Below are positions 1 to 12,800 of a stretch of DNA of 64,000 nt, in pieces. Position 1 is the first letter of the stretch, and each line of letters starts with the position of its first letter. Where the stretch lies: NCBI GenBank assembly GCA_051362555.1, contig CM120640.1, positions 50,322,788 through 50,386,787 on the forward strand, given 5' to 3'. The position numbers and the translations under genes are program-made. The notes under the pieces are model-generated. The model worked only from the letters and a program-made list of their open reading frames with translations, was not told where the DNA came from and searched no databases. The stretch comes from Lingula anatina (lineage: Eukaryota; Animalia; Brachiopoda).

Positions 1-1034
1 TAGTTTAGAAGTCTGAATTAAAAAATTTAACTATATTTTAATATTTAGTAGAACCCAAGTTCAATTGAATGCTGATATTTCTGGCCCTTCTGAACCAAAT
101 ATATTGACTTTGCTTCACCTTGGAAGAATGGTACTGTACTCACAAAGAGAAACTTTCACTATGAATGTATATTCACAGATTTCTGCGGCTATTGTGTGCA
201 CATTTCTGTACTTTTGCGTAGAAATGATGCCATCACCCACATGGTCTCTGGTAGAGAGAAGTGGAATTCTGATAGCTGCCACTATAATATATTTATGTTA
301 TATTCAGATCATAAAAGGCAATTCCATTATAAAATGAAAAGAATGGTGTGTTTTAGAAATGTCACTTACTTTTTCAAACATTTGTTATTAATTTCAGACA
401 TTAATTATATATTACAGTTAGGCTCAACCTCCAAAATATGTCTAGTGTGAGATTGCAATAAGGATTTGTAAGCCAAGGCTGCAAATATTTGTGATGAGAT
501 ATGATCCTAAAATTGAGACATGGTGTTTGTACAATTTCTATATACTTTTCTAGAATTGTGTCATAGTGTTGATTTCATCACCAAATAACATTTCAGAAGT
601 TGATTCTTAATTAAATAACCTTATTACTTTGGTAAACTGTGTGAACTAAAATCATATCACCTGTTCTCCAAATGTATGTTATTCATTAAAAAGAACTGTA
701 ATCAAGTTGTTAAAGGATGGTTTCAGTTGTAAAAAGATTGATTTTAATCAATTAAAACTTCTGTTCCTAGTTAAAGTAAAGATCAGCCTCTGATTCAGTT
801 TGATTGCATTTAAGTCTGGTAAATATATCATAATTCCCTTCAATATTTCCTACTACGGGAATCACTTTGGATATATCTTTTTGTGTCCCATCTTGTATGT
901 AGTATATAAAAAAAATGTTTTATTGTCAAAAGAGTTTGGTCAATTGCACCAATAGCTTGATTGCCCAGGCTGTCTAAGGAAACTCCAGATCTCTACTAGA
1001 GTTAAATAATTGTAAAGGTCATTTAGTCTTCGGA

Positions 1035-1037
<3 letters not shown>

Positions 1038-1098
<61 letters not shown>
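1038..1098. repeat. (TA)n microsatellite, about 30 units
   Basis: Perfect TA run read directly; it produces the spurious IYIYIY ORF 940..1173. Confidence 0.97.
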
Positions 1099-1100
<2 letters not shown>

Positions 1101-2068
1101 ATTTCTGAAAAACAAACTGGGATGTTATGATAGTTGCAAGATGTACTCTTACATTTGTGTATAACCTATTCAAGTGCAGGCGCTATTTTTATTATAGATA
1201 CATGAAACAATGTAACTCACATCTTAAGATGTCTGTCTGGATTTTGCAATTTAACTATTTATGCAGACATACTTATTTTGTATACTACAGATTGTTTGCG
1301 AGCTGGAAATCATTACCATTCAACTTTTTACATGTCAAGGTGAATCTATGTTGTTTAATACCTAAATTTTTCCAGAGGTTGGTGATATTATAGAAAAATA
1401 CAGCTTTCATATATTTTCATGCAGTCATTTTATTTCAAATTCATTACAATAAAAATATCTTATATATATATATGGTTTACAAGTTCTTAAAAAAAGAATA
1501 AACCATATCACAAACTATGTTTGATACCTCCGAAATCTTAAACTAAAACTTACTTATCATGCTCATTTACAGAAATATCCATACATCTTTACAACTGAGT
1601 TACAATGCAAGTCAAAAAGTTGAAGTTTTAGTCTATTCATATAAAAAGTAATATCTTAGTTTAATTCTGCATGTAAATTTTGTACAAAAACATAAATAAG
1701 GCAAATGTTATATTAATCTTACATATTTTATAGAATTTAACTGCTAGTATAGTCTGGACAAGTCTCGTTTTTACTTCAGTGCTTCTGAGACTTTAAGGTG
1801 CTCTGCTTGTGTCCCATTTATTAAAGGTTTGCATTGATATTATCTCTACAAGATACCAACAGTAACACGAATGTTTCTGAGATTGAAAAAAAAAAAACTT
1901 GAGTACTGGTTCACATTCAGATCTGCAACACCATGTCACACAACCAACAAAATTCATTCCATTCAACCACTTGGTTCTTCAAAGTCAATGATAAAGTATT
2001 CTGTAACAACTGATAAAATTCCAGGGATGAGAGAGGCCATGGTATCATTCTCTGAACTGTTTAAAATA

Positions 2069-3899
2069 TTAACCTTCTTGATCTGTACCTTGATCTCCAT
2101 CTTGCTGTATTGTAAACATAGATTGTCCTTGTTGGGGCATCTGAATTTGGTACATCTGAGACTGAAACAACAACACTTGCTTATTAGTGTTTTGCATTTG
2201 AATGTCTATAACTTTTAGATGAAATGAGGAAATATTTAAGTTGAAGAAATATTTAAGTTTTACATAACAAAGCTTCAGCCCAAACTATTTGGAATGTGAT
2301 GCTTGGTTCAAATTCCCACCCATTTCAATAAATTTTCTCTTGGGGTTGTTCACCCTACCTCCCAAAGACAGGAACGTGGGGGTAACCACAATCTACCGTA
2401 CCTGTGGGCTTCCAAATGCCTGTTGCTGCTGTTCTGATTGCTGTGTTTGAAGGATGATTGGCTGATTAGCTTGTTTTCCCTGCAGCTGTACCTGAATAGC
2501 CTGCAGTTGCTGAGGAGTTAACTGGATCTAAGAAAACAAAAACAGGTATGGCATAATGTGATTTTTATTTTTGAGTTAACATCTAAAAAGAGCTTAAAAA
2601 TACATGCCAACAATCAGATCAAAGAGTAGGAACAATTTCAAACCACCCCACAGATGTTAACTCGTAGGTGTTGTTAGTTTATGAAGTTTTTCAAAATAAT
2701 TACATTCCAAGGATCAAGAAATTGGAGGTGACTTACAGGTACATGTTGTATTTCTCCATTTGGGCCAACTATTTGTTGATAAGCCTGTGTTGTCTGCAAC
2801 TGCTGCTGCTGTGTTGTTTGCTGCTGCTGTTGAGGTTGCTGTTGCTGAGTCTGCTGCTGCTGCTGCTGTTGTTGTTGAGTCTGAGATTGTTGCTGCTGTT
2901 GCTGTTGTGGCACTTGTATTTGTATAACTTGTGGTTGTGCATCTCCTCCAGATGGCTATGTGAAGAAATCGAAATAAAATCCAATATAAATGGAATTAAA
3001 ATACATAGTATCAGCAACTGTTACCACAATTTTACAAAAAGAAATGTTTTTACGTAACCAGTAAAAGTTCTATGCACACTGGGGCATCTGGAGTTTTGTT
3101 AAGAGGGTAAGGATGGTGCAAGGATAAAAAATGCTGTAGATGAGGGTTACTTTATAATTTTATGTAGGGCACCTGCATAAAAGAAAACTGCTTGGCCTTT
3201 TTGCATATATTACTTTTTTGTAGAGAGAAGGGCAGGATGAATGTACCTCAGAAGGTAATGGAAGAGCATATGAAAACTGCTCCTCCCTTAATACTACTGT
3301 ACATGAATAAGACCTGCAATGTGAAAAAAATCAATGATGACTTACCACTGTTTGTATTTGGAAAGGCTGCTGTACAACTTGTCCGGCTAAAAAACAAATA
3401 AAAGTTTACAAACATATCACTTAAAAATGCATATGAAGTCTATTTTTTGCCACCATATAGCATCAAATAGTATAACTAAGAGAATTACCAAAAGACATTG
3501 TTTAATATTACCTGAAAAATGATATTTAAACAGATTTTTCTGTTAGCTTTCTATGCTGTATATAAATAGGGCAGATAAATAGGACAGATAAGTAGGTTAA
3601 ATTTATTACCAAAAATTTAAAGAAAGGAGCAGTTTAAAGCTCTTTTATGGTTGATGTAGTTTATCCCTTGGCATGTCGAATTTATTTGAGTCGTATAGGA
3701 AACTTGTAGAAGTGGTTTATATGTGTTACTGGGAATCCATGCTCCACTGACATATGAACCGTTAACTGGTCACCCAAAATCTGTTTATCTGAAAATATGA
3801 TGTAACTGAGGCTGGCATTATTTAACTTTTTAAAAATTATTAAAGAGGAACTCTCAATTCCTAGCAATTTGCTACACAACTCACATTGTATCTGAATTT

Positions 3900-3933
<34 letters not shown>

Positions 3934-5381
3934 TTGTTGTGCTTGTTGTGCCAATTGGAAAAAGTACTGAACTTGTTCTGGTAACATGGATGCTCTCTGT
4001 CCACCATCCTCCTGAAATGTTCATCAATCAATTTTTTAATTAAAAATAAATATACTTTGATATCTAAGAACAGACGATACATGTTTTCAACTGACATTAA
4101 TAGTTCTTTGTTGAACTGATAAAATTAGCAGAGCCTGTTTCAAACTTATCTACATGCAACCATGGTCAGTAATGCCAATATACTTACCCGTTTTGTGGGT
4201 TTTAATTCGTCTCTAGGTACTATATCAATCAAAAAGTCAAACTGGTCATATTTTGTGATTGCCATTGCTATATCATTTCTCTGAAATATGAAAATATCTA
4301 AAATAAGGTAATGCAAATGAATACTACATACCCAACAGTACATTGATATTATGTATGTACAAAGAGTGAGACAAAAATTTTAAAAAAAATTAACATGTTC
4401 TTAGATGGGGATGTAATATTGTCTTAATTTATCTCTAAAGAAAATGTCAGCAAACACAAATACTCTAAAAGCATGCATTCAATGAATTTGCTGCATGACA
4501 GAAAAGCATCAATCCATTCAAAACTTGGCACAGCATATCTGACTGTGGAAAAAACTGCAGTGAACCTTTTTATTCATTCTCCAATAATACCTGTAATGTT
4601 CTTCTCTTATTATCCTCTGTATGGACCCAAGCTCTGAGTGAAAGCTCTGCTATAAACATCTCACATGCTTTGGCAAACAAGACAGGAGCTTCTGCACTGA
4701 TCATCTGGAAGAAGAAATTAACTTTTTTATTAAATTAGTAAAATTGATAAATATTTTGCTTTTAATTAACATCCAATAAAGTAATCTAAGTAATATCTGA
4801 AACAATGTATTTCATAAATTATCTAGCATTTTTTTAAATACCTTTAATTCAATTTAAGCTCCCAACTTAGATCATTAATGTATCCCTAAATATTTCATAA
4901 TTTCCTTATCTTCAAAAACAGTTAATTTTTGAAATGTGGTGCTATTTCATTCTTACAGCTAACCAAATCCTACCTTTACATCTTCATCTAGTTTCATAAT
5001 CTTCTTTATTCTAGCCAGAGGGAGTTCCTGAACTTTAAAATCATTCTGCAAAACAATATAAAGTAGGTGTTAAATTCTAAAAAATGAAAAACATACAGTC
5101 TAGAGTTTGTAATCAATTAATTTATATCAAAATTAAAATACAAACTAAAAACCTTGCTAAATGAATGGTTTCAATGTTTTTAAGTGAAAATAATCCTGTT
5201 ACACCTACTAAATTCAATTCTGAAAAATATTTTTTGTATTTATATTATGTAAAATGCAACATTAACTTACAGGCTGCAAGTTCCTGATCTCATCTGTCAT
5301 TCTCTGCCAGAATGTGCTGAGAAGTTGTTGGGCCTCAGACTGTATAGCCTGTGTCTGAAATGTGGGATCTGAACCATCCAT
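2069..5381 (-). CDS. NFYC: Nuclear transcription factor Y subunit gamma (histone fold plus Gln-rich activation domain), 9 coding exons, about 331 aa
   Basis: Exons in minus-strand order: 5381-5271, 5045-4974, 4704-4591, 4280-4188, 4011-3885, 3386-3346, 2955-2737, 2527-2402, 2161-2069 (TAA). All are GT-AG and phases join. Translation includes the diagnostic NF-YC histone fold [85 protein letters not shown], followed by polyQ segments. Confidence 0.96.
2780..2910 (-). repeat. Coding CAG/CAA polyglutamine tracts of NF-YC (a second tract at about 3897-3946)
   Basis: (CTG/TTG)n on the plus strand inside NF-YC exons. Confidence 0.9.
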
Positions 5382-6129
5382 GCTTTGTAATATTTGGTAC
5401 TTTAAAAGACCTGTAAAATACAATGAATATAAAGTATTGAAATTACTTGCCAACAAAATCTTTGCATACAAATCCAAATATGACTGTAACATCATGTGGA
5501 CAGTCACATTGCTACAATTTTCTTTTTATCATGCAGTTTAAGGTATGTGTAAGAATAAGAATATCCCATGTTAATGTCCAGAACATTCCACATTATCCCC
5601 CCCTTTTTCATTTCTTCACACACAAAAAAGCAAAAGAATTTTTTTAAAAATCACTGTAACATTGTGTTATTGGAGGGTACAGTCTCACTTGGAGAAATAT
5701 TTTTGGGAAAGAAACAGGTTATGGAATGTACTGGAAATTATTGTACAATGTAATTATATATAAAAAACACTAATCAATTAACACTTCTTTTAAGTAAGGG
5801 AAATGTGACATTCATTAATTGTTGTTTTATGTTAATGTTCAGGTTTTCACTACATATTTCTGCACAATCTTTTATATGTTTCAAAAACAGAATACTACAA
5901 ATAATGCAGGTGCCCCCATGTGCAACAGTCCAGATAATTTAAGACTAATTCTGCACAATTTTATGGCATAAAACACATCAATAATGGTAACTTCTTATTG
6001 TTTATTCTTGCAAATAAACTAAGTTTTAAGGCCTGTCAATGTGACCACTCTCAATCCTTATATTTACATATCTGCAGGTATACTGTACGTCCTTGTAAAT
6101 TCAGAGGTGAGGTGTGGGTAATTGTGGGC

Positions 6130-6803
6130 AAGGGCTGGCCAATGTTACATTAAAATTACGACACAGATTTCAAAATATAAAAACGTGACTCAGCACAAAA
6201 TAAATGTTGGTTCTGCTGTCTCAATCTTAATGTGACTCCAAAGCAGTGCATCAATGACCCCACCATTAGTAACTTTGGACCAATAACTTTGATGGAAATC
6301 TGCACCAATCATTGTTCAGATTAACAGACCAATGAGAGCACAGCCGAATCGGAGGCGTGGAAATCAAAGGTGTCCATTAGATATTAAAGGAACGAAATGA
6401 AGACATATCAATGATCATGGATCAGCATCTTCTTATAATCTTACCTTAAACGGTGAATTTTCGTCAGAACAATGAGCTGCCGTTGATGAAAAATGGCGGA
6501 AATTCACAAATCAAAAATGGGTCAATGGGAGCAGATTTACGCGTGTATTTCACTCAAATTTACTAGATCAAAGCTTATATTTATGGGTAATCTTTTATCC
6601 GTTATGTATTAAACATATGAAAAGAAATAGATAATTGACCAAGTAGCACCATAAATTTTAACATTAGATCATTTAAACCTTGCAATAATTACTGACAAAG
6701 AGTGCTCCCTACTCTCGCCGTATGCGAGAATTTGAGAGATTTAGAAAGAAGGAACAGGAAAACAAACGAATGCACACGATTTCAACACGATATTGACAGT
6801 AAA
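6130..6803. promoter_or_regulatory. Bidirectional promoter region NFYC/CC2D1, with a CCAAT cluster (6139, 6280, 6305, 6329) and a YY1-like motif (about 6490)
   Basis: Divergent 5' ends within about 300 bp; locally higher CpG content; motifs read directly. Function is inferred. Confidence 0.6.
6445..6520 (-). other. NFYC: Probable non-coding first exon of NFYC (5' boundary approximate)
   Basis: Strong minus-strand donor (AAG|GTAAG; plus-strand cttac at 6440-6444). The acceptor at 5411-5412 lies upstream of the ATG, so an upstream UTR exon is required. A YY1-type AAAATGGCGG motif is at about 6490-6499. Confidence 0.6.
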
Positions 6804-9800
6804 ATGCCTGCAGGAAAGAAGGATAGAAGTGATAGAAATGCTAAGAAGGGTAGAGGAGCAGAGTTGATGGCCCAGGTAATTTTAAAATTAGGTGTACTTG
6901 GAAATAAGACCGTCACCAAAATATTTTACCAGTCGTGCTAGCACGGTGCTACATACCCCATTAGCTGCAGTTGTTCTGCTTTCTCTTTCAGTGACATATG
7001 AATCGTGATGTTCATTTCACTTTATATCTTAGTATTTTCCCCGAAAGGGACCTAGCGTCCATACATATAGCTTATGTTGAAAAATGGTCTCACCCAGATG
7101 TGTTTGTTGCAACTAAAAATCGCATGCATCCTACACAACACTTTAGTACTACAGTAGGTGAATCAAAATGATCATTCCCCAGCAACTCATTAATGTAAAA
7201 GTTGCATGACTAAATGTTGTTTTGCGTTTTGTTTCTTCATTTCTCTCCACTCAAACCTTTCCTTCTACTCATCCAAACATTCTGATATTTACCTTGTCCA
7301 CAGGTTAAAACGTCAGTTACATTTGTACTATGCACTCAGTTAAGTCAAATTCAGGTCATGTTCTGCAGGAAGAATGATGCATTGCAGTTGGAGTTAGACA
7401 TACATCTGATACAGGTAATGTACATGTGGTATAAAATATGAGTGTTTTCCATTTCATTGCAGATGGGGATGGTAGATCCTAACCAGATGGGGGCCATGAT
7501 GCTTGGGGAGGGAATGGATGATGAAGATGATGATGACGATTTAGAAGCTGAGCTTGCTGCCCTCCAAGGACATGCCCCTCCTCCAAAAAAGACAGCCCGT
7601 GCAAAGAAAGGTAGGACACAAAAATAATTTATTTGAAAGATTTGATGCCAGTTTTGTTACAGATAGTACATTAGATACTTACCTTATGTTTGCAGGTTCA
7701 GAACTTTGATTGATAGAAAAATAGAATTGTTAGTCTTTGGACATATGAAAATTATTATCAGCTTATGTAGATTATAATTTTCATTATTTCTCCAAAGTGA
7801 GGGTTCTAGTAGGTACCTGTGTAAGTCACACAGTTCATTTTCAAAGAGTAAAATGAAAATTATAATCTTCGTCTTTGGACTTCAGCTCCAGTAGACATGT
7901 CTATGATTGAGAAGATGGCACTGGATAGCACTAGAGACATAAAGAGTGATGAGGAGATTTCTGGAGATGAGGAAGACCTGATGGTAATGGAATGTTGATT
8001 ATTTGTATTATGATAAGTATGGTAAGTAAGTGATGGTGTTCACCTGATGATGTTGATACTTGTTATTTTTTATTGTAAAGAAAAAAAAACCTGACAAAAT
8101 TTACTGTTTAAAACAGTATCCTTGTCTGATACCAAGTATGGTTGTCTGTTGATGTTATCATTCATAATTACATTTTTGAATTTAGGCTGAGCTGGAAGGT
8201 TTGAGTCCAGATGAAGAAGAACCAGCACCAGTAATAGCTCCTACTAAAGCACCAGTCATAGCTCCCACCACAACCCCACCAGAAGCAAAAACTGCACCTC
8301 CTAAAGCGACTCCTGTTGCTAAACCTGCTGCACCACAGGGACCAGGGGGCATGGTTGGTATCCTGATGGACAGGTTAGAGAACTACAAGCTGGCTTCCAG
8401 CAATGCTAAAGCAAACAGTGAAAGCTCTAAGGCAAGAAGATACGACAGAGGAATTAAGGTTAGTGATAGTGGTTTTGGCACATATGATATTAAATTTATG
8501 CAGCTTGTTTGGATTATTATATTGTAGTGGCATTTGTTGAACACTTTTTGTTTTGCAAAGAGTTTAACAAATACAGCTGGGTAGAGAGTGATACAACAAA
8601 AGATGTTTTACATTGTAATGCAGACATTAGCGGGACTCCTAAAACAAGCCCAGGCAGGGAAGCCCATTAATGAAGAAGATATTCCACCCCAAGTAGCAAC
8701 AGGGCAAGCAGGAGGAGCTCCTCCTCAAGCACCAATTGAACACACTAGTGGGGCAACAGCAGCACCTACCATTGTAGAAAGTAGTTGCAAATTTCACTAT
8801 TTCAACACCTAAATTTTACAAACATGATGTAAATGTATTAAGATTGAAAATGTGTAAAAAGATACTTATTTGACTTAAAATAAGTTCAATAGTTTAAAAC
8901 CATACTAGTAGCTATGTATATTTGCCAAACAGAAATGTTTTCTTTATGGGCATTTTCTGGCCACACAAGCTTCAGTTTGCATCTGAGTGAATTATGAATC
9001 TGTTGATTTTTCAGGTCCTCCAAGTCATCAGCCTGAAGCTGCTTCTCAAGGTGAACTTTTATAAATCTTAATCATTTTAGACCATAAAACAAAGGGAACG
9101 GTGCCCAATTAATTTTGTATTTAAATATTTTAATTTCTTGGTAGTTTATTTAATAAATGCTATAAATAATCTTAGTCTGTTTTATGGTGTTTGTTAATTA
9201 TGCCAGTATGCAGGTCCTCAGCCAGTAGGTATCATGTGACTTTCTATTGATTTGCAGACACAGAGACACTCACCTTATTAACCACAAGAAAGGAGGAATA
9301 CAAACAGGCTGCAATTCTAGCCAAGAAATCTGGTGATGATGAAACGGCAAAAAAATATTTGAAGATAATGAAGGTAAGTTTTTTCATTGTTGCCAATTTT
9401 CATACCATTGGATAATTGTACCACCAGCGTTAGCGCTGGCGGTACACATGGTTTCGGTCTCGTCCGGATCGTTATGCTGGCTCCGCCGGCTCCGTTGGCT
9501 CCGCCGGACGGCTACCGTTACCGCTTCTCTTCCTAGACGGTAAGGGCCCCCGCACCCATCTCATGGATTTAGGTCACCTATAATCTCAACTCGTTCCACG
9601 TAAAATTTGGGCTTTGTCGGTATTGGGGTCTGGGTGTGGCACTCATTGCAATGCACCCTTGTCTAAAAATGGCAAAATTAAATGCTAATTATCTACCCTA
9701 CGGAAGGAGTTATGGGAAAAATTTTTATAGACGGCTTTCCAAAAGTCATATGTGTAGATTTCAAATATACCCTTAGATTTGACCTTTGACCTCTACTTCA

Positions 9801-12800
9801 AGGTCAAATGGGCCAAAATTTTCAAAAAAATGAAATTTTTTACGAAAAAAATTTTTTTTGCCCTGTTATTCAGACACCACACAGACTTAACCAATAATAT
9901 TATTGGAAAGTGTTACCCTTCAGGTCATCTTTCATCACCATGAATTTGGGGTCAATCGGTGCATTTTCACGGGAGTAGCGGCCATAAGATACCGAAACTG
10001 AAAACTGTCTCTAATTTGGGAACCGTTAATGCTAGAGACCCATTCTTTTTTGCATTTTGTAGAGCATGTAAAGCCCAACACTGGTGGTGGTCTCGGTTTT
10101 TTTGTATTCCATACGGTTTTCGAGTTACGCTGTATCAAAAAGTACATATTGGTGGTAAAAGCAAAATGTGCAGTATGGTAATGGATAATAAATTTTGAAC
10201 TCTGGAAAAATAAAACATAAGGCTTGGCAAAGCAGACAACTTGTGTTCAAAAATGACATTATTTCATCAAATTTGAACTTCTGAAACTTCAGAGCACCTC
10301 CTATTTCAAGAATTTTGACCAAAATGACATTTTCTTTATTTTAATTAATTTTTTCTGTACAAAATTTAAGGCACATTATGGTAACTCCAAAATTATAACA
10401 TCTAGTCCCTTATATCTCCAAAACTGGCAGAGATAGGTCTATAGTTACTATTGAAGTTGAATAGGAAGTCATATACTGGCCATCTTACTATGACCTTGAA
10501 ATTGACCTTTGACCTACTTTTCACCATGAACTGAACTTTGCAAATTTTTCTTCCCTTTTATCTCCAAAACTGGCTGAGATAGGTCCATAGTTACTATTGA
10601 ACTTGAATAGGAAGTCATATACTGGCCATCTAAATGTGACCTTAAAATTGACCTTTGACCTACTTTACACCATGAACTGAATTTTGCAAATTTTGCTTTC
10701 CTTTTATCTCCAAAACTGGCAGAGATAGGTCCGTAGTTACTATTGAACTTGAATAGGAAGTCATATACTGGCAATCTATATGTGACATTAAAATTGACCT
10801 TTGACCTACTTTTCACCATGAACTGAATTTTGCAAATTTTGCTTTCCTTTTATCTCCAAAACTGGCTGAGATAGGTCCGTAGTTACTATTGAACTTGAAT
10901 AGGAAATCATATACTGGCAATCTAAATGTGACCTTAAAATTGACCTTTGACCTACTTTTCACCATAAACTGAACTTTGCAAAATTTGCTTCCCTTTTATC
11001 TCCAAAACTGGCTGAGATAGGTCCATAGTTACTATTGAACTTGAATAGGAAGTCATATACTGGCAATCTAAATGTGACCTTAAAATTGACCTTTGACCTA
11101 CTTTTCACCATAAACTGAATTTTGCAAATTTTGCTTCCCTTTTATCTCCAAAACTGGCTGAGATAGGTCCATAGTTACTATTGAACTTGAATAGGAAGTC
11201 ATATACTGGCAATCTAAATGTGACCTTAAAATTGACCTTTGACCTACTTTACACCATGAACTGAATTTTGCAAACTTTTCTTCCCTTTTATCTCCAAAAC
11301 TGGCAGAGATAGGTCCATAGTTACTATTGAACTTGAAAAGGAAGTCATATACTGGCCATCTAAATGTGACCTTAAAATTGACCTTTGACCTACTTTACAC
11401 CATGAACTGAACTTTGCAAATTTTGCTTCCCTTTTATCTCCAAAACTGGCTGAGATAGGTCCATAGTTACTATTGAACTTGAAAAGGAAGTCATATACTG
11501 GCAATATAAATGTGACCTTAAAATTGACCTTTGACCTACTTTTCACCATGAACTGAATTTTGCAAATTTTGCTTTCCTTTTATCTCCAAAACTGGCTGAG
11601 ATAGGTCCGTAGTTACTATTGAACTTGAATAGGAAGTCATATACTGGCATTATAAATGTGACATTAAAATTGACCTTTGTCCTACTTTTCACCATAAACT
11701 GAACTTTGCAAATTTTGTTTCCCTTTTATCTCCAAAACTGGCAGAGATAGGTCCATAGTTACTATTGAACTTGAATAGAAAGTCATATACTGGCAATCTA
11801 AGTGTGACCTTGAAATTGACCTTCGACCTACTTTTTATCATGAACTGAACTCTGCTAATTTCTTTCTCTTTTAACTTCAAACTTGACAGAGATAGGTCCA
11901 TAGTTACTCTTGAACTTGAATAGGAAGTCATATACTGGCAATTTACTGTGACCTTGAAATTGACCCTTGACCTACCTTACGAAGAACTTAAATTTGATTG
12001 TACCATATATGTTTTTTGCAATAGTTTAAAAATTCTTGTTGATTGCATTTTTACAGCTTGTCAAGCACAAAACTGGTGGCTGTGTCCCTTATTTTGTGTA
12101 TGTGGGGGTCTATACGAATGCGCTTGCTCCAGCTGGTGGTACAATATTTGGAGGCGGTATCGCCTCTCTGATCCTCTAGTTTGTGAAGGAATAAATACCA
12201 GAAATTCAGAATACACTCAAATGCCAAGCGCTGTTGTTATTGACAGTTTTTGTAATTAAAAAAATTCTTTTCTCTTTTTTGACATTGCCCAGCAATTTGA
12301 TGCAGTGATCCAGGCAGCTACTGCAGGCAATCCTATAGACCTGAGCCAGATGCCCCCCTCACCAGGAACAGCAACAGGTGGACTGTTTGAAATCTCTCTG
12401 ACTGATCCTTTGCATACTTATAATACATTACTTTTATCTAGAACAGTTTAAAGTTTTATTCAGCATCAACAATAAAAGTGCCTGGAATATTTTAAAAAAT
12501 AATGGAAAGATATGTTTGAAACCTATTTCAAAAAGGGTTTGGTTTACAGTAGCTTTAAGGTGTATTAAAAGATGAATATTATGAAATGTTTATCAGAAGC
12601 ATCTCTACCATGTATGCAGAAGCTGGAATCTGTTCTATTTCGTGTTTGTTTTTTAGTTACACAAAAACAAAGATGTTGGATGTCAAATAAGATACACATT
12701 CTTTATTTAAAGAAATTATTTTAGTGTATATGATTTCCCTTGTCAGTATTTAAAAATGTCTTTTTCAAAATCCTCCTGGTTTTGTTTCAGGAAAAGCTCC

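Noticed and set aside
1-1470. Short ORFs and a possible 3' UTR of an unseen upstream plus-strand gene (AATAAA about 1448)
   Set aside because: The ORFs lack coding character, and a UTR cannot be supported without the neighbouring sequence or transcripts.
2668-3057. Poly-Leu ORF on the plus strand
   Set aside because: It is the antisense shadow of the NF-YC CAG/CAA polyQ exon.
9214-9228. Possible in-frame 15-nt microexon (GPQPV) in CC2D1
   Set aside because: The downstream intron would be only 29 nt, and read-through hits TGA.
9935-12259. Short ORFs in HINE copies (for example 10514..10819, 11244..11549, 52733..53047, 53550..53765)
   Set aside because: They are by-products of repeated non-coding sequence, with no Rep/helicase or transposase motifs, and frames are not preserved between copies.
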